Numbered from the stretch's first letter, positions 8,576 through 16,866 are shown. The stretch: 21,353 nt of DNA from Candidatus Heimdallarchaeota archaeon (GCA_030668825.1 DAOVET010000041.1:1-21353); one strand, 5' to 3'. Made by a program: numbers and translations. Notes: generated by a model from the sequence alone, not told the origin.

Positions 8576-8610
8576 TTAAATCAATACTCATATTCGGTTA
8601 AAAACTTATT
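8576..8610 (-). promoter_or_regulatory. Promoter candidate of the radical SAM gene with a third copy of the palindrome
   Basis: The minus strand reads AATAAG-TTTTTAAC (TATA at 8604-8597) followed by TGAGTATTGATTTA (8590-8577). Confidence 0.55.
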
Positions 8611-8651
8611 TTTAAAACTTGAGCTATGACATGAATTTTTTACAAATTCTT

Positions 8652-8798
8652 TAGAAGTGCCTGAAGCACATCATGGGGACGCCACATCCCCTCCTACACC
8701 GCCCACATCCTCTTACTAAGATGCTTACGGTTCGCTTTTGGAAGTTCGTTGGATATAGCCCCGAGGATCACCATAGTACTGGTGCATAGCTATAATCC
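8652..8798 (-). ncRNA. Candidate structured non-coding RNA of unknown class (~147 nt)
   Basis: Hand count gives 74/147 GC (~50%) in an AT-rich intergenic region. Nested helices are GGAUUAUAGC/GCUAUAUCC, CACCA/UGGUG, ACCG/CGGU, GCAUCUU/AGGAUGU, UAGGA/UUCUA, GGGGAUG/CGUCCCC and GUGC/GCAC. The G-U pairs work only on the minus strand. A TTTAAATA box lies at 8830-8823. Confidence 0.65.
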
Positions 8799-8822
8799 TT
8801 CAAGGTATAATCTACACTACCC

Positions 8823-8832
8823 TATTTAAATA
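8823..8832 (-). promoter_or_regulatory. TATA box positioned for the candidate ncRNA
   Basis: The palindromic TATTTAAATA ends about 25 nt before the first paired G at 8798. Confidence 0.55.
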
Positions 8833-9030
8833 CCAAAAAAATGTACAAAAAACAGGTTATAAGAATAGAATAAAGCAAAATTCATGTGCTTATGAAGGAA
8901 CCTAAATAAGGTGAGTTTACCCTTTAACTGTAATAGAGCTTAATTCTTTCGTATGTTCATATTTATTATACACAAAACATTTTTATGTTTCTAAGTAATA
9001 ACTGTTTTTCGATACATCTTCTCTAGTCAG

Positions 9031-10083
9031 GTGGTGAAAGTGGTGAAAGATCTAGATAGAAAAATACGAGTGGGGATTCCTAGAGCTTTGCTATTCTACA
9101 AGTTTTCAGATTTGTGGATAACTTTCTTTGAACAATTAGGAGCTGAGGTCGTCATCTCTCCAGAAACAACTAAAAAAATTAAAAATGAAGCAGTTAGGCT
9201 TGCACCTGATGAAGATTGTTACTCAACTAAGTTGTACTTTGGTCATGTTATGGCCTTAAAAGACAAAGTTGATTACTTATTTGTTCCTAGATTTGGTGGG
9301 CGTAAAAAGAAATATGTTGGATGTCCAAAGTTCATTGGTTTAGCTGAAGTATTGAGATCAATGATTCCTGATTTACCTGAGATACTTATGCCTCATTATA
9401 ATCGTGGTATGGATAAGCATACTAGAATTGGTCTTCTGGTTCGAGCTTTTAGATTAGGAACAATTTTCAGAAATAATCCTTTTGTAATAATAAGAGCTAT
9501 TAGTAGAGCTTTCAAAGCTCAAAAGTTTCATAATAAAACTATGATTATAGATGAGGAAAAACTTCGAAAATGGGAAAACTCTGAAATCATATTAAATGAC
9601 TTTCCTATTTATAATGAAAATGAAAGACAATTAAAAATAGCACTAGTAGGTCATTCTTATGTTCTGAATGATCCCTTTTCATCTCTGAGTATTCGATCAT
9701 TACTTCAAGATTATGGAGTAGATATTGTCACTTCTGAACAGATGCCTAGAAATTTGATTGAGAAACAAATGGCTAGACTTGAGTATGATATTTACTTTGA
9801 TTTTGAAAGGGAAATACTGGGTACAATTATGCATTTCATTGAAAGTAAAACTGTTGATGGTATAATTCATTTATTGATTTTCAGTTGTGGTCCAGATTCC
9901 ATCGCAGGTGAGATAGCTGCTAGATACTCGAAAAGAGATCCAACAATCCCTCTTTTGCAGCTTGTTTTTGATGAGTTAACAGGTGAAGCAGGAATGAGAA
10001 CAAGAATAGAAGCATTTGTGGATATGCTCAGAAGAAGTATTGACGAAAAAGTTATACTTCTCACCACACAGGTACATATTTGA
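9031..10083 (+). CDS. Acyl-CoA dehydratase activase-related protein (DUF2229 / COG3580-like)
   Basis: Motifs VGIPRALLFY, EDCYSTKLYFGHV, GCPKFIGL, FSCGPDS and DELTGEAGMRTRIEAFVDML. Several GTG starts are possible (9031-9043). Confidence 0.85.
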   Translation: MVKVVKDLDRKIRVGIPRALLFYKFSDLWITFFEQLGAEVVISPETTKKIKNEAVRLAPDEDCYSTKLYFGHVMALKDKVDYLFVPRFGGRKKKYVGCPKFIGLAEVLRSMIPDLPEILMPHYNRGMDKHTRIGLLVRAFRLGTIFRNNPFVIIRAISRAFKAQKFHNKTMIIDEEKLRKWENSEIILNDFPIYNENERQLKIALVGHSYVLNDPFSSLSIRSLLQDYGVDIVTSEQMPRNLIEKQMARLEYDIYFDFEREILGTIMHFIESKTVDGIIHLLIFSCGPDSIAGEIAARYSKRDPTIPLLQLVFDELTGEAGMRTRIEAFVDMLRRSIDEKVILLTTQVHI

Positions 10084-10097
10084 GGAGGAAAAAGAAG

Positions 10098-11189
10098 ATG
10101 CCATTATCTTTCCCATACGTTGGAACCTTTACTTATGTGTTCGAATCTATTGCAAGAGGGATGAAAAGAGATGATATTATTGTTCCTGATGAACCTACTT
10201 ATCGCACTAAACAGCTAGGTTCTCAACATTCTTCAGAATTTGTTTGTACTCCTTTCAAAATGCTTCTTGGTTCAATAATTGAAGTCATTGAAAAAGGAGC
10301 CTATGAGATAGTTGCAACAGTTTTTGTTGATTATTGTAGACTTGGGTATTATTCTCCTCTTTATAAAATTATTCTCGATGATTTAGGGTATGACTTTGAT
10401 CTAATCAACTTGGATTGGTTTAATAAAGTTGAATTCTTTACTAGTTTCAAAAAACTTGCATGTAATGTGAATGCTGTTCAGGCTTTTCAAGCATTCAGAG
10501 TTGGGTGGATTAAGAACAGATACATTGACCAAATAGACAAAACACTCTACAGCTATGGGGCTGTTGAAATCGAAAAAGGAGCTGCATACAAAGTTGCTCA
10601 TAAACTTTACAGACAGGTAGTTGAGACAGAGGGGATGAAGAATATCCGAATGCTTCCAGAAATTATTCAAAAAACGTTTGATGATGCAGTTGAAATTGAT
10701 ACAGAAGCTAACCCCCTAAAAGTAGGTGTTGTTGGAGAATTATATGCAGTTGTAGAACCTGCGATCAATCTTGACATAATGAGAAGACTAAATGATATAG
10801 GAGTTGTCACTGAAACACCTATTACATTTACAAGATGGATAGATTTAGGGCAAAGAATGAATCCTTTCAAGAAGTGGCATTATAAAGCATGTATAAAACA
10901 TGCAAAACCATATGTTAGATATCCTCTTGGAGGTAAAACTAGGGAATCTCTGGGAGCTGTAATTGAATATAAAGAAAAAGGATGGGATGGAGTTATTCAT
11001 TTGTATCCTTTCACTTGTATGCCTGAAATAATTTCTAGGAGTATTTTACCTCAAGTGAGCAGAGAACATGATATGCCTGTTCTTTCTCTTGTTCTAGATG
11101 AACATACAGGAGAAGCAGGTATTCAAACTAGATTAGAAGCTTTTGTTGATCTTTTAGAACGTAAAAGGAATGATAGAAATGGATTTTAA
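10098..11189 (+). CDS. 2-hydroxyacyl-CoA dehydratase-related CoA protein activase component (COG3581-like)
   Basis: Motifs SEFVCTPFKMLLG, CRLGYY, VGVVGELY, PFTCMPE and DEHTGEAGIQTRLEAFVDLL. A GAGGAGG RBS precedes ATG 10098. Confidence 0.85.
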   Translation: MPLSFPYVGTFTYVFESIARGMKRDDIIVPDEPTYRTKQLGSQHSSEFVCTPFKMLLGSIIEVIEKGAYEIVATVFVDYCRLGYYSPLYKIILDDLGYDFDLINLDWFNKVEFFTSFKKLACNVNAVQAFQAFRVGWIKNRYIDQIDKTLYSYGAVEIEKGAAYKVAHKLYRQVVETEGMKNIRMLPEIIQKTFDDAVEIDTEANPLKVGVVGELYAVVEPAINLDIMRRLNDIGVVTETPITFTRWIDLGQRMNPFKKWHYKACIKHAKPYVRYPLGGKTRESLGAVIEYKEKGWDGVIHLYPFTCMPEIISRSILPQVSREHDMPVLSLVLDEHTGEAGIQTRLEAFVDLLERKRNDRNGF

Positions 11190-11209
11190 AATTATAGGAG
11201 ATAAAAAAA

Positions 11210-12184
11210 ATGATTGATAGTAAAGAGAAATATTTTCTTGGTGTTGATGTTGGATCTATAAGTACCAACTTAGCTGTAATTAATAATTCAAAAGAATTGA
11301 TAGAATCAGTCTATATTCGCACAGAAGGTAAACCAGTGGAATCAGTTCAAAAAGGAATCAAATTAATGAGAGATCAGCTTGGAGAAGACCTTGCGATAAC
11401 AGGTGCTGGATCAACTGGAAGTGCGAGGAAATTGACAGGTGTAATAATTGGTGCTGATATCGTCAAAAACGAAATAACCGCTCATGCTTTAGCTTCTTTA
11501 CATTATAACCCCGATGTTCAGACAGTTATGGAGATAGGTGGACAAGATAGTAAAATAATCATTATTCGCAATGGGATTGTTATAGACTTTGCTATGAATA
11601 CAGTTTGTGCAGCTGGTACTGGTTCCTTTCTAGATATGCAAGCTAATAGACTAGAAATACCTATAGAGAAATTTGGAGAATTAGCTTTACAATCTGATAA
11701 TGCGGTTTCAATTGCTGGAAGATGTACAGTTTTTGCAGAAAGTGATATGATTCATAAACAGCAGTTGGGTCATCCAACTAAAGATATTATCAAAGGTTTG
11801 TGCGAAGCTTTAGGTAGGAATTACTTAAATAATGTTGGGAAAGGAAAAGACATTAGACCACCAATAATGTTCCAAGGAGGAGTAGCAGCTAATATTGGCA
11901 TGAAAGTAACTTTCGAGAAATATTTGGAACAAGAGATTATTGTACCTGAAAACTATGCTGTGATGGGTGCTATAGGTGCAGCAATTCTTGCTCAGGAAAA
12001 TGCAACAAAAAGACCTAAGAAATCGAATTTTCAGAGCTGGGATATTTCTGAAATGGATTTCCAAACTTCTGGTTTTGAGTGTGATGGATGCTCTAACATA
12101 TGTGAAATTGTTGAAATTCGCAGAAATGATGAATTAATAGCTAGATGGGGGAGTAGATGTAGGAAGTGGGATTTAATAGATTAG
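11210..12184 (+). CDS. 2-hydroxyacyl-CoA dehydratase activator (HgdC/BadFG-type ASKHA ATPase, [4Fe-4S])
   Basis: Motifs GVDVGSIST, EIGGQDSK, MNTVCAAGTGSFLD, RCTVFAESD and GGVAAN, plus a C-terminal CxxCxxxC...RC tail. A GGAG RBS is present. Confidence 0.92.
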   Translation: MIDSKEKYFLGVDVGSISTNLAVINNSKELIESVYIRTEGKPVESVQKGIKLMRDQLGEDLAITGAGSTGSARKLTGVIIGADIVKNEITAHALASLHYNPDVQTVMEIGGQDSKIIIIRNGIVIDFAMNTVCAAGTGSFLDMQANRLEIPIEKFGELALQSDNAVSIAGRCTVFAESDMIHKQQLGHPTKDIIKGLCEALGRNYLNNVGKGKDIRPPIMFQGGVAANIGMKVTFEKYLEQEIIVPENYAVMGAIGAAILAQENATKRPKKSNFQSWDISEMDFQTSGFECDGCSNICEIVEIRRNDELIARWGSRCRKWDLID

Positions 12185-12230
12185 ACTAGCAAATTAATGA
12201 GTTCTCATTCTTAGTCTACAAGAACAAATG

Positions 12231-12440
12231 CTATTTTTTCTTTACATAACCAGTAATGTGAAGTTTCTCGAAAATATCTTCTGTTTTTTTACGTTTTTCT
12301 GAATCACAATTTGGACAATATGAATTGCAGTAATACCCTTGTTCTACAGCTTCTTCATAATGTTGATGCTCAGAGTAATAAGGAAAATTACACTCCCACT
12401 TCTCTCCACATTTTTCACATTCATGTTTACATTCAGACAT
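12231..12440 (-). CDS. Small Cys/His-rich putative zinc-binding protein (69 aa)
   Basis: MSECKHECEKCGEKWEC...HQH...CNSYCPNC, with a strong GGAGGT RBS before ATG 12440. Confidence 0.65.
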   Translation of the reverse strand: MSECKHECEKCGEKWECNFPYYSEHQHYEEAVEQGYYCNSYCPNCDSEKRKKTEDIFEKLHITGYVKKK

Positions 12441-12911
12441 AACTTCAACCTCCTGATTGATAGACTTCATTTAGATTGAAATTCTTAGGTTGAATCCGCG
12501 CAAATTGCTGTTTTGATTGTATACTTGACCATTAATATAGTTATCTCCATCAAAGTTTTACTTTATCAAATGAGTAATTTTAAAGATTAGCTCAACTATT
12601 TGAACTTGGAGATCAGAATATGTTTAAGAAACGAAAAAAATTATTCTTGAAAACATGAAGGAGAACTTGATTCTTTAGCCTGGTAGGTTACGAATCTGGA
12701 CTTATGGGTGAATACAATCGAAGATCAGTTAAAGAAATAGTGTTGATCTACTCTCTCCTTTTGCTTCTTAGTATTCACACTTGTAGTGTACTTCAGAAAA
12801 GAAAAACAAAGAAGAAGTAACTTATTTTTTCTTTTTTTTTGAGACTTTAAGGGATAAATATAAGAATGAAATCTATTCTTGTTATAGCTATAACAAACTA
12901 TTGTGAAAACG

Positions 12912-14570
12912 ATGGATGAGGAACGAAGTGTTGAAGATCTAGAAGAAGAAGAGTATGAAGATCTTGACAAAATGGAAGAATTCAGTTTAGACATGGAAGT
13001 AGTGTCTGATCTTGAAGGTTTAGAAGAACTGCCTGAAGATCAAGATGTTGGTCTTGCTCAATCTGATGTTATCATCACTTATGGTGAAAAAGTAGTTGAT
13101 GAAACTAAGGAATTAGAGAAAAAATTTGATGCTTTAATAGCTCAAATACGAGATGGAGAAATAACTGATGCTATCAATGAAGCAGCTAGTTTACTTAATG
13201 AGGGAAGACGTTTAGAAGCACATTATGTAACATCAAAGATTGCATCACTAATAGCTTCTCTCTTAACTGCTCAAGGGAAGCATAAAGATGCAACAGAATA
13301 CTATCTTATGTCAGTGAGTGAGGCAAGAAAGTCAGAGGATAAGAAGCTCCACTTACTAAGCTTATCTAAATTTGGGGAAAACTTAATTCATTTTGATTTA
13401 AAAGATGCAGCTGTTGTATTTAACCAGGCTAGGGAAATAGCTGAAGAGCTAGGTGAGGACGAGTATTATGCAGAGAACTCTTTTGCATTAGCTAACTGCA
13501 TGTTTAAAACTGAAATGGATCATGCATATGATTTGTATATTGAAAGTTTATCTTATTATGAAAGCATTGAAGACACGAAATCAAATGGTGTAATTAAATA
13601 CAGATTAGGTCTGATAAATTATATTAGAGAGGAATATCAAGCAGCTTTTCAGAATCTATCTGATGCTAGAGCATTATTGACAGATTATAGTGAATTACCA
13701 GAAAGAGAAGAAGTTGAGAAATCTCTAAAGATAATCAGAACTTTACTTAAACAAGGTCATTCTTTGAACTACTTCCTATCTCTACCTAAAATAGAACCTC
13801 TGACAGATTCCCCTGAAACAAAGAAGATTTTTGAGATCTATACTGCTACAGGAATTACAGATATTGTTAGGAGAATCAAGAAAGAACAGTTACAATATGT
13901 TACAAGAGATTTAATCGAAATAAATGCTACAAAACCCCTACTAGATATCCAGAAGTTATCTAAAATGGATGAATATGAATTAATTGAAAATTCCAAACAA
14001 TATGAGAGTATAGGTGATTCTTATCAGAAGGAATTAAACTATGGCAATGCATTTTACAACTATCTAGGTTCCCGAATACTCGCATTACAAAGCAAAAGTG
14101 ACAAAAGAGCAGAGAAACTCGAAAAGAAGCTTGAGAAATATATTCAGTTTCTCACTCAACAAGAAGAAGATGCATCTTTCTTTTATAATATTCAAATTTA
14201 CATGTTTTACCAATTGGCAATGGGAACTGCTGAAAGGAACCCAAAATTATCTCAAAAAATAGCAAATAAAGGTTTAGAGCTTTCTTCTAAGAGGAATAAC
14301 CCCTACTATGAAGGATTAACTAAGGAAATAATAGCTGACATCAAAGCTGCAAAGGATGGAAACAAAGCAATAACTGATTATCAAGCAATTGCAACAATTT
14401 TCGAAGGACTAAATAACCAGCTTGATTCTATGAGAATCTACGAAAAAATTGGTACTATTTTAATTTCCTCACAAATGGACAAAGGAAAAGAATATCTCAT
14501 GAAAGCTCTTGAAATTGCGAAAGAACTCGAAGATCAAGACATTGTACAGAGACTTGAATCTAAACTTTAG
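12912..14570 (+). CDS. TPR-like alpha-solenoid protein with highly acidic N-terminal tract
   Basis: Repeats such as YRLGLINYIREEYQAAFQNLSDA and YEKIGTILI...GKEYLMKALEIAKEL. 23 of the first 45 residues are D/E. Confidence 0.75.
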   Translation: MDEERSVEDLEEEEYEDLDKMEEFSLDMEVVSDLEGLEELPEDQDVGLAQSDVIITYGEKVVDETKELEKKFDALIAQIRDGEITDAINEAASLLNEGRRLEAHYVTSKIASLIASLLTAQGKHKDATEYYLMSVSEARKSEDKKLHLLSLSKFGENLIHFDLKDAAVVFNQAREIAEELGEDEYYAENSFALANCMFKTEMDHAYDLYIESLSYYESIEDTKSNGVIKYRLGLINYIREEYQAAFQNLSDARALLTDYSELPEREEVEKSLKIIRTLLKQGHSLNYFLSLPKIEPLTDSPETKKIFEIYTATGITDIVRRIKKEQLQYVTRDLIEINATKPLLDIQKLSKMDEYELIENSKQYESIGDSYQKELNYGNAFYNYLGSRILALQSKSDKRAEKLEKKLEKYIQFLTQQEEDASFFYNIQIYMFYQLAMGTAERNPKLSQKIANKGLELSSKRNNPYYEGLTKEIIADIKAAKDGNKAITDYQAIATIFEGLNNQLDSMRIYEKIGTILISSQMDKGKEYLMKALEIAKELEDQDIVQRLESKL

Positions 14571-14681
14571 ATTTTCTTTTTTTCCTTCTCCATTTTTCGT
14601 ATATTAAAAAGGGTAGAGAGGCAAAGTTTAAAAAAACTTATGCTGTTTGTATTTTATCCTTTACTAATAATGGTGAATTAA

Positions 14682-15350
14682 TTGAAAAAAGTACTAAAAC
14701 TAAGTTTAGTTGTTTTGATGATTTCTGCATTTTTGGCTAATACTATTTCAGCTCAAACTGGAGAAGGATTATACTATTCAGATAAAATGATTAAAAATGG
14801 TACTTTTACATGGAATGTTACAAAATCTGTAGATTATTATGAGGATATTCCAGTAGGTGCTAATTTTACTGTCAAACTTAAGGATGATTTATATCCTGGA
14901 CCATTATCTGAAGAAGAATTAGAAAAAGTATATGCTAGTGTCAAAGTTGATGGTAACAAATATACAGGGGAAGGATTCCCTCTCTTCTGGCATACTCATA
15001 GAATAAATGCTACTGAAACAATATACATTAGAGATGAATTTGAAGATAATCCAACTCTATTCAATGTAACAGATGGAACTGGAACTTGGTTCTATGTGAA
15101 CTTTACAGTAGAAGATGCTCCCTATACCTTATTTGTTGAATTTGAGATAGACCCTCTAGATGGAGTTACCAAGAGATACTATGAACATTTTGTCAGTTTA
15201 GAAGTTGGAAACGAAATTGATAGTGAGATCGAATTAACTTTCTTAGGATATATCTGGGAGGCTCCAATACAATTCGGTTGGGTTTTCTTTGGTTTATTAT
15301 CAATTGGAGTATTAGTAGTTATTCGTAAGAAAAGAACAAAGACAGAATAG
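14682..15350 (+). CDS. Surface protein with signal peptide and C-terminal TM/basic anchor
   Basis: Signal MKKVLKLSLVVLMISAFLANTISA, several N-x-T sequons, and the tail APIQFGWVFFGLLSIGVLVVIRKKR. A GGTGA RBS precedes the TTG. Confidence 0.8.
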   Translation: MKKVLKLSLVVLMISAFLANTISAQTGEGLYYSDKMIKNGTFTWNVTKSVDYYEDIPVGANFTVKLKDDLYPGPLSEEELEKVYASVKVDGNKYTGEGFPLFWHTHRINATETIYIRDEFEDNPTLFNVTDGTGTWFYVNFTVEDAPYTLFVEFEIDPLDGVTKRYYEHFVSLEVGNEIDSEIELTFLGYIWEAPIQFGWVFFGLLSIGVLVVIRKKRTKTE

Positions 15351-15465
15351 TTTATCTTTACTTTTTCTCTGTTTTTTCCTTTTTTAGAAAATGAATATTT
15401 GGCTTAGGTTAATACACAAAAGAAGATTTATAACAAACTCATACAGAAACATTATTGGTGCAATA

Positions 15466-16416
15466 ATGGTTAAGGATGAAGATAATAATTTCATGTCAAT
15501 AGAAGATGTAGATACTCCAGATAAAAGGATTCTGACCGTCTTTACTGTCAATTGGATAGAGCTAGAGATACTCAAAATACTAGATAAATCTTTGGAACCA
15601 GTTTACAAGGGAAAAATGATAACAGTCCTTAGGGGTAAACATAAGAGTATATCAAATAAACCAGAAAGCTCTTTTTATGCAATCTTTGATAAATTAGAAA
15701 AAATTGAAATGATAGAAACAAATGCTATTCCAGGACAAGGTTACAAAACTTTCTTAGAAATAACAGAAAAGGGACAAATTGAACTTAGAAGAGCTCTATT
15801 TTGGGGGATCAGTTCCATATTTGAAGGCATGACTAGTCAATTAATTGAAGTATTGAATGTGGTATGTGTAAAAACTATGGGATGTCTTCGTGAGATGAAT
15901 TTTGCAGTAGTTAGTCCCAATAATCCTGAATTCCTTGTACCTGAGATGTGTAATCATTGTGTTCAAGCAACTGATGAAGATACTCAAAGCCGCTTTAATA
16001 TTCTTTTACCATTTGCTAAGGATTTAGTTGTACCCTATTATCAGAATATTAGGTCAAATCCTGATGATATTCCATTGAAGAATGATTTGCTAGATAGAGT
16101 GATGTCAGTTTTATCTTTAGGATTTCTAGAACAGAAAGATTCAGAGAATTATATAAAAGAAGTTCACAGAATACTCAAACCTGGAGGAAAAGCTGCATTC
16201 TTTGAATTAATAGAATTTGAGAGTTATCTCTGGGAGTCATTAAAACAACTTACTTTTGGATTTCAAATTTTCATACCTGAGAAGGGATCAGGCGAGTTAA
16301 TTCAATTTCTACCTGATCGACTGAAAGCAAAAGTAGTCTCAGTTTTTGGAGAAGAAAATGTAAAATTAATCTTCTTACGTGAAATTGTTTGTGTATTAGC
16401 TATAAAACAAGATTAA
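15466..16416 (+). CDS. PadR-like winged-helix regulator fused to a class I SAM-methyltransferase-like domain
   Basis: The N-terminal LEILKILD...SSFYAIFDKLEKIEMI...LEITEKGQIEL is PadR-like. The C-terminal DIPLKNDLLDRVMSVLSL...IKEVHRILKPGGKAAFFE is Methyltransf_11-like. A TTTATAA box at 15427 and a GGTG RBS favour ATG 15466 over 15391. Confidence 0.75.
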   Translation: MVKDEDNNFMSIEDVDTPDKRILTVFTVNWIELEILKILDKSLEPVYKGKMITVLRGKHKSISNKPESSFYAIFDKLEKIEMIETNAIPGQGYKTFLEITEKGQIELRRALFWGISSIFEGMTSQLIEVLNVVCVKTMGCLREMNFAVVSPNNPEFLVPEMCNHCVQATDEDTQSRFNILLPFAKDLVVPYYQNIRSNPDDIPLKNDLLDRVMSVLSLGFLEQKDSENYIKEVHRILKPGGKAAFFELIEFESYLWESLKQLTFGFQIFIPEKGSGELIQFLPDRLKAKVVSVFGEENVKLIFLREIVCVLAIKQD

Positions 16417-16503
16417 TTCTATGTTGTTCTTTATTTTTTACAAATTAAGGTAAAAATATATAAATAGCTCACCTAATTTTAGTTTAATAACTAAGTGATT
16501 GCA

Positions 16504-16866
16504 ATGAGTGCTGTTCGAGAAGAAAGATATGTAGATCTGAAAAAACTTTGTGACAAAATAGCCCCTGAGATGTTTGAAACTCTATCATGGATATTATTGA
16601 TGAATATAGACTTAATCCCAAAAGATGATATTGACATAATTCCCAATTTACAATTCTCACATCTAATGATGATTGATAAATTTACAGAGGCAAAAGAATT
16701 AGGAAAGAAGATGGCAGATTCTACTAATCCTATATCTAAACACTATAAACAAATGTTTGAATTAGATCCCAAATTAGAAAAAACAAAGCAAATAGCAGAT
16801 GGATTTTTTACACTTGCAAAACGAAGATTAGAAATAATTGAGAGATTGGGAATCAGACAAGATTAA
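16504..16866 (+). CDS. Hypothetical helical protein
   Basis: Clean ORF with its own TATA-like AATATATAAATA upstream and no recognisable motif. The ORF track gives GTG 16495 as the start. Confidence 0.65.
   Translation: MSAVREERYVDLKKLCDKIAPEMFETLSWILLMNIDLIPKDDIDIIPNLQFSHLMMIDKFTEAKELGKKMADSTNPISKHYKQMFELDPKLEKTKQIADGFFTLAKRRLEIIERLGIRQD

Noticed and set aside
8633-8649. AAUUUGU just 3' of the RNA resembling an Sm-binding site
   Set aside because: It is too short to be meaningful in AT-rich DNA and also lies within a weak GAAUUU/AAAUUC hairpin.
8725-8787. 20-aa minus-strand ORF MHQYYGDPRGYIQRTSKSEP inside the candidate ncRNA
   Set aside because: It is short and its start is buried in domain I. 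It does not explain the helices downstream, though a leader peptide cannot be fully excluded.
8652-8798. Assignment of the RNA to tRNA, 5S, SRP, RNase P, C/D box, SECIS or SAM/cobalamin/Moco riboswitch
   Set aside because: I could not find the diagnostic motifs by eye: no cloverleaf, no GAGGAAAGUCC, no SRP helix 8, and the C-box-like AUGAUG has no matching CUGA.
9031-9049. GTGGTGAAA tandem repeat at the gene start
   Set aside because: It is explained by overlapping RBS and GTG start sequences and has only two copies.
9867-12064. Antisense ORFs 9867-10067, 10401-10670, 10667-10870 and 11825-12064
   Set aside because: All lie within conserved activase-cluster genes and have non-protein-like composition.
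12725-12994. 89-aa Ser-rich minus-strand ORF
   Set aside because: The Ser runs are the antisense of the acidic GAA/GAT tract of the TPR gene.
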